Origin: Geopsychrobacteraceae bacterium
Lineage (GTDB): Bacteria; Desulfobacterota; Desulfuromonadia; Desulfuromonadales; Geopsychrobacteraceae
Length of the DNA stretch: 64,000 nt
Assembly (NCBI GenBank): GCA_963662315.1
Contig: OY759353.1
Coordinates: forward strand, 3,616,001-3,680,000
Direction of reading: 5' to 3'
A program made the position numbers and the translations under genes. This document shows, piece after piece, positions 10,235-19,139 of this stretch. The notes below the pieces were generated by a model. The model was not told where the DNA came from, did no database searches, and saw nothing but the letters and a program-made list of their open reading frames with translations. Each line of letters starts with the position of its first letter. Position 1 is the first letter of the stretch.

Positions 10235-11020
10235 ATGATTAGAGCTCTCTGGACCGCATCATCAGGGATGCAATCACAACAGGTCAATATGGATGTCATT
10301 GCCAACAACCTGGCCAACGTCAACAGTACCGGCTTCAAAAAAAGCCGGGCCGACTTTCAGGATGTTCTCTACCAGACCAATAAGGTTGCCGGAGCTGGCG
10401 GCGAGGGTGGGCAGTCGCCGACCGGGATTCAGATCGGTTTAGGTTCACGGGTTGCTGCAGTTCAGAAACTCTTTACCACGGGTGATTTTCAGCAGACCGA
10501 AAACGAGCTGGATCTGGCCATTGAGGGGCCCGGTTTTTTCCAGGTGACTTTGCCGGATGGAACCAATGCCTTCACCCGTTCCGGTGCGTTTAAGAAGGAC
10601 AGTACCGGGCAGGTCGTTTCTTCAGATGGTTATCCCCTGGTACCGCAGATTGTCATTCCGGAGAACACGACATCGGTTTCCATTTCCGAAAATGGTACGG
10701 TTCAGGTGCTGCTTGATGGAGAGGCTGAACCGACGGAAATTGGCCTCATCGAACTGGTCCGTTTCGGTAACCCAGCGGGGTTAAGCAGCATGGGGCGCAA
10801 CCTCTATGAGCAAACCGCGACCAGTGGTGATCCGATCACCGGTACTGCCGGACAGGAAGGCTACGGTACGCTGTCGCAAGGCTTTCTGGAAGGGTCAAAT
10901 GTCAACATCATGGAAGAGATGGTCAATATGATCGCCGGGCAGCGTGCCTATGAAGTCAACTCCAAGGCGATCCGGACTGCCGACGAAATGTTGCAGATGA
11001 CCAGTGATCTGGTGCGTTAG
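10235..11020 (+). CDS. flgG: Distal rod protein FlgG
   Basis: ANNLANVNSTGFKKSRADFQD; AQRAYE-type C-terminus. Confidence 0.96.
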   Translation: MIRALWTASSGMQSQQVNMDVIANNLANVNSTGFKKSRADFQDVLYQTNKVAGAGGEGGQSPTGIQIGLGSRVAAVQKLFTTGDFQQTENELDLAIEGPGFFQVTLPDGTNAFTRSGAFKKDSTGQVVSSDGYPLVPQIVIPENTTSVSISENGTVQVLLDGEAEPTEIGLIELVRFGNPAGLSSMGRNLYEQTATSGDPITGTAGQEGYGTLSQGFLEGSNVNIMEEMVNMIAGQRAYEVNSKAIRTADEMLQMTSDLVR

Positions 11021-11073
11021 TAGCTGGTTGAGTTTTTAACGCTAACAGTGGGTAACCTTAGGATAGTCATATT

Positions 11074-11796
11074 ATGAAATTTCTGCTGGTCATATTGCTG
11101 GTAATCATAGTCCCTTTCGGTGCAGGTGCCGCGCCATCGCAGCCCGCTAACAATGCCGAAGTGACGATTGATCAGGAAGAAATGACCCAGATCCTGACTG
11201 ATTACCTGGCCGCGGAATCGCGGCAATTTCCTCGCGTCGATCTACGTTTCAAGAATATCGATCTGCCGGATCAGTTCAGTGTTCCCCAGGGGCGGATCGA
11301 CCATCAGGTCATTCCTGCCAACCCGGGGATCATCGGCAGTCGGCGCTTGACCCTGCTGACCCGTGTTGACGGTAACATCGTCAACAACCAGTCACTGAGG
11401 ATCGACTTGGAAGCTATGGCCGAGGTGATTGTCGCCAAGAAGTCCATGCGCCGGGGGACCGTATTAAATGGTGATGATATCGAAGTGATCTATACCGATA
11501 TTTCCAATATTGATGAGCCGATTTTTGCCGAAGAGAGCATCATCGGAAAGCAGCTGAAACGCTCTGTGCGGCTGGGTGACCCTCTGGAACAGAAGGAAGT
11601 TGAGTTTCCCCCGGTGATTAAACGCGGGGAGAAGGTCGTTATAAATGCCAGCAGCAAGGGATTGCAGCTGACTGCAGTTGGCGAAGCGAGGCAGGATGGC
11701 CGTCCGGGGGAAATGATCCGGGTGGTTAACAGCAGTTCCCGCAAAGAGCTGAGTTGTCTGGTGGTGGCTCCTGGCGAGGTGAAAGTGGAGTTCTGA
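11074..11796 (+). CDS. flgA: P-ring formation chaperone FlgA
   Basis: Signal peptide; VIKRGEKV..GEARQDGRPGEMIRVVNSSSRK. Confidence 0.9.
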   Translation: MKFLLVILLVIIVPFGAGAAPSQPANNAEVTIDQEEMTQILTDYLAAESRQFPRVDLRFKNIDLPDQFSVPQGRIDHQVIPANPGIIGSRRLTLLTRVDGNIVNNQSLRIDLEAMAEVIVAKKSMRRGTVLNGDDIEVIYTDISNIDEPIFAEESIIGKQLKRSVRLGDPLEQKEVEFPPVIKRGEKVVINASSKGLQLTAVGEARQDGRPGEMIRVVNSSSRKELSCLVVAPGEVKVEF

Positions 11797-11797
11797 T

Positions 11798-12484
11798 ATG
11801 ACGAAAAAATTAATCTTGCTCATGATCCTGGCCATGACATTAAGCGCCTGCGTTGGTCCGCTCAAGCAACAGGACCTGACTGAAGTGAAACCGGTTGAAC
11901 CGATAATGTATGAGCCGGTGATTCCTAAAACGAACGGTTCTCTGTGGACCGAAGCGCGCGGCAGCATGTTTGGTGACAATAAAGGGCGTACGGTTGGGGA
12001 TATTGTGACCGTGGTTATTTCAGAAAGTGCCAGTGCCAGCAAAGAAGCAACGACCTCAACAGATCGGAAAAGTTCCATGTCTGCCGGTGTGTCGACCTTG
12101 TTCGGCCTGGAACGCAGTATTGGCAGGGCAACGGACCTGGATCCTGCCGCCCTGGTGGATACCTCCGCAACCAATGGTTTCACGGGCTCCGGGAAAACCG
12201 CCCGCAAGGAAAACCTGGTCGCAACCTTGACCACCCAGGTGATTGAAGTGTTGCCCAATGGCAACCTGCGCATCGCCGGTAATAAAACCGTTACTGTCAA
12301 CAATGAAATGCAGATCGTCAAGCTCAGCGGCATCGTCCGGTCCAGTGACATCACGCCTGGCAACCTGGTTGATTCTGCCAGTATTCTGAATGCCCGCATT
12401 GCCTATGTTGGTAAAGGGGTGATCAGCGATAAACAGGGGCAGGGGTGGTTGATGAGGGGGCTAGACCAGGTCTGGCCGTTTTGA
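11798..12484 (+). CDS. flgH: L-ring lipoprotein FlgH
   Basis: Lipobox LSAC; GDIVTVVISE; VLPNGNL; GWL..VWPF. Confidence 0.96.
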   Translation: MTKKLILLMILAMTLSACVGPLKQQDLTEVKPVEPIMYEPVIPKTNGSLWTEARGSMFGDNKGRTVGDIVTVVISESASASKEATTSTDRKSSMSAGVSTLFGLERSIGRATDLDPAALVDTSATNGFTGSGKTARKENLVATLTTQVIEVLPNGNLRIAGNKTVTVNNEMQIVKLSGIVRSSDITPGNLVDSASILNARIAYVGKGVISDKQGQGWLMRGLDQVWPF

Positions 12485-12488
12485 GCAG

Positions 12489-12609
12489 GAGTCGATGAAA
12501 AGCACCTGTCTGCTGCGTTGCTTTCACTCGACCTCAACGACGTACTTTTCAGTACGCCTTATTCGGCCGAGCTTCAAGCGCCTTGCATCCAGGCACTTTT
12601 GATCGACTC
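12489..12609 (+). repeat. Structured intergenic repeat, copy A (ERIC/MITE-like long hairpin)
   Basis: Terminal inverted repeat gagtcgatGaaaag / cttttGatcgactc; core caacgacgtac-ttttca-gtacgcctt; homologous to 62295-62416. Confidence 0.8.
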
Positions 12610-12643
12610 TCGTGGCAGAGCGGCTAATTGTTTTTTTTGATAA

Positions 12644-12689
12644 CCCTCGCCCTCAAGGGAGAGGGTGGCGCGCAGCGCCGGGTGAGGGG
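12644..12689. repeat. REP/BoxC-like GC-rich palindromic unit
   Basis: ccctcgccc-tcaa-gggagaggg then ggcgc-gca-gcgcc-gggtgagggg; partial look-alike at 58530-58550. Confidence 0.55.
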
Positions 12690-12742
12690 AAAACCCTCTT
12701 TATCTGTAGATTTAAGGCTCTGTCTAAAGCAGGGAGCTTGGC

Positions 12743-13856
12743 ATGAAACAAATCATTTTTAAAAAACTGATGATACTCACGGTGCTGGCTTTAGGAATTC
12801 TAAGCCTGGGAACCGCCCATGCTTCACGTATCAAGGAGCTGGCACAGCTGGAAGGGGCCCCGGGGAAACCAGCTGGTTGGCTATGGTCTGGTGGTTGGTC
12901 TTAATGGGACAGGTGACAGCAACAGTACCGAGTTTACTGTTCAGTCTCTGGTCAATATGATGGAGCGCCTGGGGGTGACGGTTGATCCGGCTGCAGTTAA
13001 AGTCGCCAATGTGGCAGCCGTTGTTGTGACGGCCGATCTGCCTGCTTTTGCCCGGGCCGGAAGTCAGATCGATGTCTCTGTTTCATCAGTCGGTGACGCC
13101 ACGGACCTTGCTGGTGGTACGTTGCTGATGACGCCGTTGAAAGCTGCTGATGGTAATATTTATGCTGTCGCTCAGGGGGCACTGGTGGTTGGTTCTCTGG
13201 CGTTCGGTGGTGAGACGGCCAAGGTGCAGAAAAACCATCCGACGGCAGGGCGGATTCCCGGTGGTGCCTATGTTGAGCGCGAAGTCGATTTTGAGCTTGC
13301 GCTGGGACGGAGTTTGAAATATCGCCTTAAAGATTCTGACTTTACGACGATTTCGCGCATGACTGCAGAGATCAATAAACATTTTGGCGGTCCCTATGCA
13401 AAATCAGTCGATGCCGGTGAGCTAGAAGTCTCACTGCCCAAAGATTACGAGAACCGTATGGTGGCATTTATCTCGGAACTGGAACGGATCGATGTTGTTC
13501 CTGATACGGTAGCCCGGGTGGTTGTAAACGAAAAAACCGGTACCATTGTCATGGGTGACCAGGTGCGTATCTCTACCGTCGCCATCTCGCATGGCAACCT
13601 GAGCATGGTCATTGACCAACAGCTGAACGTGTCCCAGCCAAATCCATTCAGCCAGGGCCAAACAACCATAACCCCTCAAACTCAGGTTGCTGTCAGGGAA
13701 GAAGATGCGAAGTTGATGGTTCTCGAACAGGGGGTCAGTATTGGTGAAGTCGCTGCCGCCTTGAATGCTATTGGCGCATCGCCACGGGACCTGATTGCTA
13801 TTTTCCAGGCGATCAAAGCGGCTGGTGCCTTGTACGCTGATCTGGTTATCCTCTAG
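12743..13856 (+). pseudogene. flgI: P-ring protein FlgI, split by a +1 frameshift near 12854-12865 (real mutation or sequencing error)
   Basis: Frame from ATG 12743 gives a signal peptide plus ASRIKELAQLEG and stops at 12902-12904; the conserved continuation RGNQLVGYGLVVGLNGTGD lies in the +1 frame and runs to 13856. Confidence 0.85.
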
Positions 13857-13873
13857 CCCAAACCAATAGGCTA

Positions 13874-13942
13874 GAGATTTCAAATCTGAAATTTCAGATT
13901 TCAGATCAAACTGTGAAATTTCAAATTTGAGATGTGAAATTT
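13874..13942. repeat. Degenerate tandem heptamer array (consensus SARATKT/SARATCT)
   Basis: gagattt caaatct gaaattt cagattt ... gaaattt caaattt gagatgt gaaattt. Confidence 0.8.
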
Positions 13943-13958
13943 CACCGATAGGTGAATC

Positions 13959-14264
13959 ATGGACGCACGAATTGATACGGCTGATCTGATCAGTCAGGCG
14001 ACAACGCAGACGAAAACTACGGCCAAGACTAAGGGTAAGAATGAAGCCAAATTGCGTGAAACCGCCCAGGATTTTGAGGCCATTTTTATTCGCCAGATGT
14101 TCAAGGAAATGCGTAATACCGTCCATCATGAAGGGGTTATTGAAACGGATAGCGCTTCTGATACTTACGATCAGATGTTGGATATGGAAGCCGCTCGTAT
14201 CGCGTCCCGCCAGGGAGGGATCGGTCTTGCCGATCTGATGATGCAGCAGTTGATGAAGGACTAA
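13959..14264 (+). CDS. flgJ: Rod-binding protein FlgJ (single domain, no muramidase)
   Basis: LRETAQDFEAIFIRQMFKEMR; GGIGLADLMMQQL. Confidence 0.9.
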   Translation: MDARIDTADLISQATTQTKTTAKTKGKNEAKLRETAQDFEAIFIRQMFKEMRNTVHHEGVIETDSASDTYDQMLDMEAARIASRQGGIGLADLMMQQLMKD

Positions 14265-14385
14265 TTTGTTGCCCCTCCGAAAGCTTAAGCCCTCCCGTCA
14301 GGGGGCGGGAGAAAAACTAGATAATTCCCCTATTTCCTGTCCTTTCTTCATTTCCCGCAGCAATTAGAATTTTTCGTAAATTTTC

Positions 14386-14413
14386 TAAAGAAAAAACAGC
14401 GAACTGTCGATAT
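14386..14413 (+). promoter_or_regulatory. Putative sigma-28 promoter for the hypothetical-flgM-flgN-flgK-flgL unit
   Basis: cTAAAg; TAAA-N16-GTCGATAT. Confidence 0.65.
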
Positions 14414-14444
14414 AGTTCCAAAGGGATTTTAACCGGAGGAAAAA

Positions 14445-14990
14445 ATGACAGATCGTATCGATACAAATTATCAGAAAAACACGATCCAGACTCCACTACA
14501 GGAAGAAACCAGGTTGCGTCAGTACGGCAAGGAAGTTGTTGCTGAAGTAACCGACACCGTATCGCTGGGTGCCTCGGAAGAGAGCAGCAAGACTTACGGG
14601 CCGGGATTGAAAGTTGCCTCGGCTTACGAGCTGTTGCGCAACCTGGTGGTCAAAACGCTTCAGGACCAGGGGGTTCCAGCCCAGATCAGCGCCGGGGACA
14701 TGACCTTGGACCTGATGACCATGACACCGGAGGAGGCTCAGGATCTGATTTCTGAGGATGGCTACTTTGGTGTAGAAAAAACCTCAGATCGCATTGTCGA
14801 TTTTGCTATCAATGCATTTGGGCAGGATCCGTCCCGCCTGCAGGAAATGAAAGATGCGATTGATGAGGGTTTTTTTGCTGCGCAGGACGCTTTGGGTGGA
14901 GCGCTTCCGGACATATCACAACAGACCTACGAAGCAATAATGGATAAGTTAGATTCGTTTGCAAGTCAGTTTGAGCAATCGGCAGAATAA
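14445..14990 (+). CDS. Conserved flagellar-associated hypothetical protein (DUF5610-like)
   Basis: EDGYFGVEKTSDRIVDFA...GF..A...GG.LPDISQQTY; strong RBS ggagga. Confidence 0.7.
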   Translation: MTDRIDTNYQKNTIQTPLQEETRLRQYGKEVVAEVTDTVSLGASEESSKTYGPGLKVASAYELLRNLVVKTLQDQGVPAQISAGDMTLDLMTMTPEEAQDLISEDGYFGVEKTSDRIVDFAINAFGQDPSRLQEMKDAIDEGFFAAQDALGGALPDISQQTYEAIMDKLDSFASQFEQSAE

Positions 14991-15005
14991 ATACAGGAGT
15001 CCGTC

Positions 15006-15290
15006 ATGGTTGATAAAATTAATGGAAACAGCGGGTTCGGTCCTCTCGGCAGTGTCAGTCGGACCACTAAAAAGTCCGCAGCAAGCAGTGTCTCGGCCAG
15101 TAAATCGGATAGTATCGATTTTTCCAGTGCCTTGCAGAATGCGACCAAAACGCAGGAAACGACTGCGACCCAGGATAGCGCCCGTGCTGAGAAAATCCAG
15201 GCACTCAAAGCGCAGATTCAGGATGGAACCTACAAGCCTGACCTGGAAAAAGTTGCCGCCAGTGTCCTGCCGTTTCTGGTTAAAGGTTAG
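15006..15290 (+). CDS. flgM: Anti-sigma-28 factor FlgM
   Basis: RAEKIQALKAQIQDGTYKPDLEKVA. Confidence 0.92.
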   Translation: MVDKINGNSGFGPLGSVSRTTKKSAASSVSASKSDSIDFSSALQNATKTQETTATQDSARAEKIQALKAQIQDGTYKPDLEKVAASVLPFLVKG

Positions 15291-15295
15291 TCATC

Positions 15296-15649
15296 ATGAC
15301 GCGCGATCAGATCAGAACTCAGCTTGAAACTTTGCTGTCCTTGTTGCAACAGGAGCGTACCTGCGCTCAGGCGCTGGACATGCCGGGTTTGCAGCAGGTG
15401 GTTGAGCAAAAGGCCGCCTTGCTGTCAGAGCTGCAACTCAGCAAAGAAGAGGTTGTCGGCATGGAAGATCTGCTGCGTCAGATCGACAGCGAAAATCGCC
15501 GTAACGCCTTCCTGCTGTGGACCGGGCTTAACTGGGTGCGTGATCTGATGGGATTTTTTGGTAAAGCCGCTATGCCTCAGGTTTATGGTGGTCATGGTTA
15601 TTCCAAGACCCTGAACGAGGGTGGCCGGCTACTGTCCGGAAGGATTTAA
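15296..15649 (+). CDS. flgN: Export chaperone FlgN
   Basis: Helical LLQQER..KAALL..ENRRN..LL; between flgM and flgK. Confidence 0.78.
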   Translation: MTRDQIRTQLETLLSLLQQERTCAQALDMPGLQQVVEQKAALLSELQLSKEEVVGMEDLLRQIDSENRRNAFLLWTGLNWVRDLMGFFGKAAMPQVYGGHGYSKTLNEGGRLLSGRI

Positions 15650-15652
15650 GCG

Positions 15653-17320
15653 ATGGCAGGCGGATTGATGGCAGCCCTCACCTCCGGGCGCACAGCACTG
15701 CAGACCAATCAGAAAGCAATCGAGATAACCGGTCTTAATGTCGCTAACGTCAATACCGAAGGGTATTCACGGCAAACGGCCAACCTGACCCCTTATCCTG
15801 CATTGAATTTCGGGGATTTCTTTATCGGGACCGGAGTGACGGTCGGTTCCATAGAGCGCTCTCACGATATCTTTCTTGCTGGTCAGATAAACGATAAAGC
15901 CGCAGATGTCGGTCTTGAAAGCAGTATGGCCAATCCCCTTGCTGAGCTTGAACGGGTTTTCAATATCAGTGACGGCAGCCTGTCGGATGAGTTTGACCAG
16001 TTTTTTGACTCCTGGCGACAACTGTCAACCAATCCGGGCAGCGAAGTTGAGCGTCAGCTGGTGTTGCAGCGTGGTGATCTGATCGGCAAGGCTTTCGGCA
16101 ACATGTACCAAGAAACCCAAGGCGTTGTCAAAAATGTGAATACGACCATTCTGTCCAAAATTGACGGTGTTAACCTGGCGGTTGATGAAATCGCCAATCT
16201 CAATAACCGGATCTCCGCTCTTGAAGTTGCCGGGCAGGAGGCCAACTCGGATCGTGACCGCCGCGACATGTTGCTGAAGCAGTTGTCAGAAACCATTGGC
16301 GCGACCAATTTTGAAACCTCTGATGGATCCATTTCCGTTCAGCTTGCCAATGGAATGCCGCTGGTTGAGGGGACTGTCGCCAACCATATCATCGGAACTT
16401 ACGACGATACTGATATCAACCTTGAGCTTGAATATGGTTCGGCCAGTATGGCCCTTGATCGCAATTCTATGGGCGGTGAGTTTCGTGGCTTGTATGAAGT
16501 TCGCGATGTGACCATCCCTGATCTGCTTGGTCGTCTTGATCAGCTTGCCTATACCTTTGCCACGGAAGTGAACGCCATGCATCAGGCCGGGACCGATCTG
16601 AATGGTGCCGCCGGGCAGACATTCTTTACCGCTCCTGGGGAGCACCGCAGCCAGGGGTATGCAGATGCTGCGGCACTTGGTTTCGGGACGGGTACCCTTG
16701 AGCTGAATGTAAACGGTACGGTGAACTCAGTGGCTATCGGTGCCGGACAGAATTCGGTCAACGGTATTGCTGCAGCAATCAATGCCGCAGGGATCGGCGT
16801 GTCGGCCAGCGTCAACAGCGACGACAATTCACTGGTTATTACTCCCGATACGGCCGGGCAAAATGTCAAGATCGATAGCTCTGGACTGGCCGGAGGCAGT
16901 TATGCTGCGCCACGCTTCAGCTCTCCAGACATGGCCTCAGCCATGGCCATGAACATTACCTCCACCGCTCAAGTTGCCGCCGGTACAAGTGGCGCCCCAG
17001 GCGATAACACCAATGCTCTGGCTATTCTGCAGTTGGAACAGGATACGCAGGGCGATTTCGGTGGCAATGATACCTTTGTCTCCTATTACGGTAAAATCGT
17101 TTCAACTGTTGGGGTCGAGGCGGCCCGGAATCGCCAGGCGCAGCAGGGCTATGAAGACAGCCTGGTGCAGTTGGAGAACCTGCGTGACAGCATGGATGGG
17201 GTCTCTCTGGAAGACGAAATGATCAGTCTGTTGCAGTTTCAACGCAGTTTCGAAGCATCAGCAAAATTTCTGTCAACGGTTGATGAAATGATGTCGACCG
17301 TCATGACAATCAAGCGTTAG
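15653..17320 (+). CDS. flgK: Hook-associated protein FlgK
   Basis: NVANVNTEGYSRQ; GVSLEDEMISLLQFQRSFEASAK. Confidence 0.96.
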   Translation: MAGGLMAALTSGRTALQTNQKAIEITGLNVANVNTEGYSRQTANLTPYPALNFGDFFIGTGVTVGSIERSHDIFLAGQINDKAADVGLESSMANPLAELERVFNISDGSLSDEFDQFFDSWRQLSTNPGSEVERQLVLQRGDLIGKAFGNMYQETQGVVKNVNTTILSKIDGVNLAVDEIANLNNRISALEVAGQEANSDRDRRDMLLKQLSETIGATNFETSDGSISVQLANGMPLVEGTVANHIIGTYDDTDINLELEYGSASMALDRNSMGGEFRGLYEVRDVTIPDLLGRLDQLAYTFATEVNAMHQAGTDLNGAAGQTFFTAPGEHRSQGYADAAALGFGTGTLELNVNGTVNSVAIGAGQNSVNGIAAAINAAGIGVSASVNSDDNSLVITPDTAGQNVKIDSSGLAGGSYAAPRFSSPDMASAMAMNITSTAQVAAGTSGAPGDNTNALAILQLEQDTQGDFGGNDTFVSYYGKIVSTVGVEAARNRQAQQGYEDSLVQLENLRDSMDGVSLEDEMISLLQFQRSFEASAKFLSTVDEMMSTVMTIKR

Positions 17321-17331
17321 CGGGTGATATT

Positions 17332-18267
17332 ATGAGAGCAACTCAAATGACAACCTACCGCAGTCTGCAGTCATTCCTGGATAAAACCAGTGAAAAACTG
17401 CAGACCCTGCAGCTGCAGGCCGCAACCGGTTCACGCATTACCCGGGCATCCGATGACCCAACAGCCATCAGCCCGGTGCTCAGTGCCCGGACCCAGATCC
17501 AAACCACGGATCGCTATATCGAAACGATTCAGACCGGTCTTGACCGCATCGATAATATGGACGGCTATTTTGACTCCATTGAAAATACCATGGTGCGGCT
17601 GAAAGAAATATCCCTTGCATCGGTCAACGGCTCAATCAGCCAGGCGGATATGTCCACCTATGCCGATGAGGTTCGCCAGCTCAGGGATAGTCTGCTCGAT
17701 GATGCCAACGCGACAGTTGATGGAAAATACCTGTTTGCCGGGTTCAATGATAAGGCTCAGCCATTCACAGTGAACCCGAATTATCCGGCAACTGAAACCA
17801 ACCCGGTCAACTACAATGGCGACTTCGGGGACCTTGAATACGAAATTGCTCCCAACGAGCTGATTTCCGTCAACCTCTCGGGAAATAAGCTGATGCTGGG
17901 TGATTTTGACGACGATGGTGTCACGGATGCCGGTCAGGTTGATATTTTCGCATTGGCTGCCAGCCTTGAAGAAGCGCTGAATACGGGATCCGTTACCGAT
18001 ATTGAAAACCTTATCGATCCTCTCGAGGAAGGCGCCGATCAGATTCGTTCCCAGCGCAGTCTTAAAGGGAATGTCGGCAGTCGTCTGGAAACCGCTCTGT
18101 CACACATGGAGCAGGTCAAAGTCGACATGGAAGAATTTCGCTCCCGCTATGAGGATGCTGATATTCTTGAAACCATAACCAATCTGCAGCAACAGCAGCA
18201 GAGCTTGGAAGCTGCTCTTAGTGTCACCGGAAAAGTTTCAGAGTTGTCTATTCTCGACTATCTCTAA
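17332..18267 (+). CDS. flgL: Hook-associated protein FlgL
   Basis: TGSRITRASDDP; GKYLFAG; LSILDYL. Confidence 0.95.
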   Translation: MRATQMTTYRSLQSFLDKTSEKLQTLQLQAATGSRITRASDDPTAISPVLSARTQIQTTDRYIETIQTGLDRIDNMDGYFDSIENTMVRLKEISLASVNGSISQADMSTYADEVRQLRDSLLDDANATVDGKYLFAGFNDKAQPFTVNPNYPATETNPVNYNGDFGDLEYEIAPNELISVNLSGNKLMLGDFDDDGVTDAGQVDIFALAASLEEALNTGSVTDIENLIDPLEEGADQIRSQRSLKGNVGSRLETALSHMEQVKVDMEEFRSRYEDADILETITNLQQQQQSLEAALSVTGKVSELSILDYL

Positions 18268-18323
18268 AAAGAAAAACCACCCGGCCGTGGAGACGGTCGG
18301 CTACATAGCCAGGAGGCATATGC

Positions 18324-18563
18324 ATGTTAGTACTGACGCGAAAAGAAGGTGAAGGCATCATCATTGGCGATGATATCAAGATTACCATCGTTGAACTTAA
18401 AGGAGGTGGCGTGCGTGTCGGTATTGACGCTCCACGTGACCTGAAAGTTCACCGCCAGGAAGTATTTGAACGCATCAAACAAGAGAACAAGGAGGCCACG
18501 CAGTGGGATATTGCGGATCTCAACGAACTGAGCAGTATTTTGAACTCGGGGAGGAAAAAATGA
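18324..18563 (+). CDS. csrA: Carbon storage regulator CsrA
   Basis: MLVLTRKEGEGIIIGDDIKITIV..VRVGIDAPRDLKVHRQE plus C-terminal helical extension typical of FliW-regulated CsrA. Confidence 0.97.
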   Translation: MLVLTRKEGEGIIIGDDIKITIVELKGGGVRVGIDAPRDLKVHRQEVFERIKQENKEATQWDIADLNELSSILNSGRKK

Positions 18564-18988
18564 TGAAAAAAATTCAATCCCGTTTTGGTGAGATCGAATA
18601 TGATCCGAGCAATGTCCTGATATTCCCCGATGGTCTCATCGGTTTTGAAGACCTGCATGATTACGTGGTCATGCCGAATGAGAAAGAAGGCCCGTTATTT
18701 TGGATTCAGAGCGTTGGCGATCCCGCCGTTGCCTTTGTGCTGACAAATCCGACTGATTTCTATTTTGACTATGTCGTTGCCCCGGATGAGCGTGAACGGG
18801 TTAAGCTTGGTATCGAGAAAGATGATGAATATTTTGTCCTCAGTGTTGTTACCGTATCTCCAGAGCGTAAAGTCACACTGAACCTAGCTGCTCCAATTCT
18901 TTTTTCACCTAAAACCAATAGAGCGTTGCAGGTCATTCTCGAAGGAACAAATTTCAACCCACGAACACCACTGCCTGAAGTTCATTAG
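18560..18988 (+). CDS. fliW: Flagellar assembly factor FliW
   Basis: SRFGEIEY..FPDGLIGFE..WIQS..NLAAPI; start ATG 18560 overlaps the csrA stop. Confidence 0.94.
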   Translation: MMKKIQSRFGEIEYDPSNVLIFPDGLIGFEDLHDYVVMPNEKEGPLFWIQSVGDPAVAFVLTNPTDFYFDYVVAPDERERVKLGIEKDDEYFVLSVVTVSPERKVTLNLAAPILFSPKTNRALQVILEGTNFNPRTPLPEVH

Positions 18989-19023
18989 GCCTTTTGGGTA
19001 CGAGGACTTTACGTTTATCTCAT

Positions 19024-19059
19024 TAAAAGGAGAATGCTCATTAGAGTATTCTCCTTTTA
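19024..19059. terminator. Intrinsic terminator separating flagellar genes from the glycosylation island
   Basis: taaaaggagaatgctc-atta-gagtattctcctttta hairpin. Confidence 0.75.
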
Positions 19060-19139
19060 TGTATTGGTTTCGAGTGAATGTCATGTATGATAGGTCCGTT
19101 AGACATATTTAGTTCTCGGTAGAGAAGGAGACGCGTGAC

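Noticed and set aside
11464..12399. 311-aa minus-strand ORF (likewise 4630-5370, 13431-14129 and other nested ORFs)
   Set aside because: They overlap well-supported flagellar genes and show no motifs.
12862..12869. GGGAAAC as a programmed -1 frameshift site in flgI
   Set aside because: The needed shift is +1 and the heptamer is not phased correctly for -1 slippage from the upstream frame.
13874..13942. Repeat array as CRISPR
   Set aside because: Seven-base tandem units without spacers; no cas genes.
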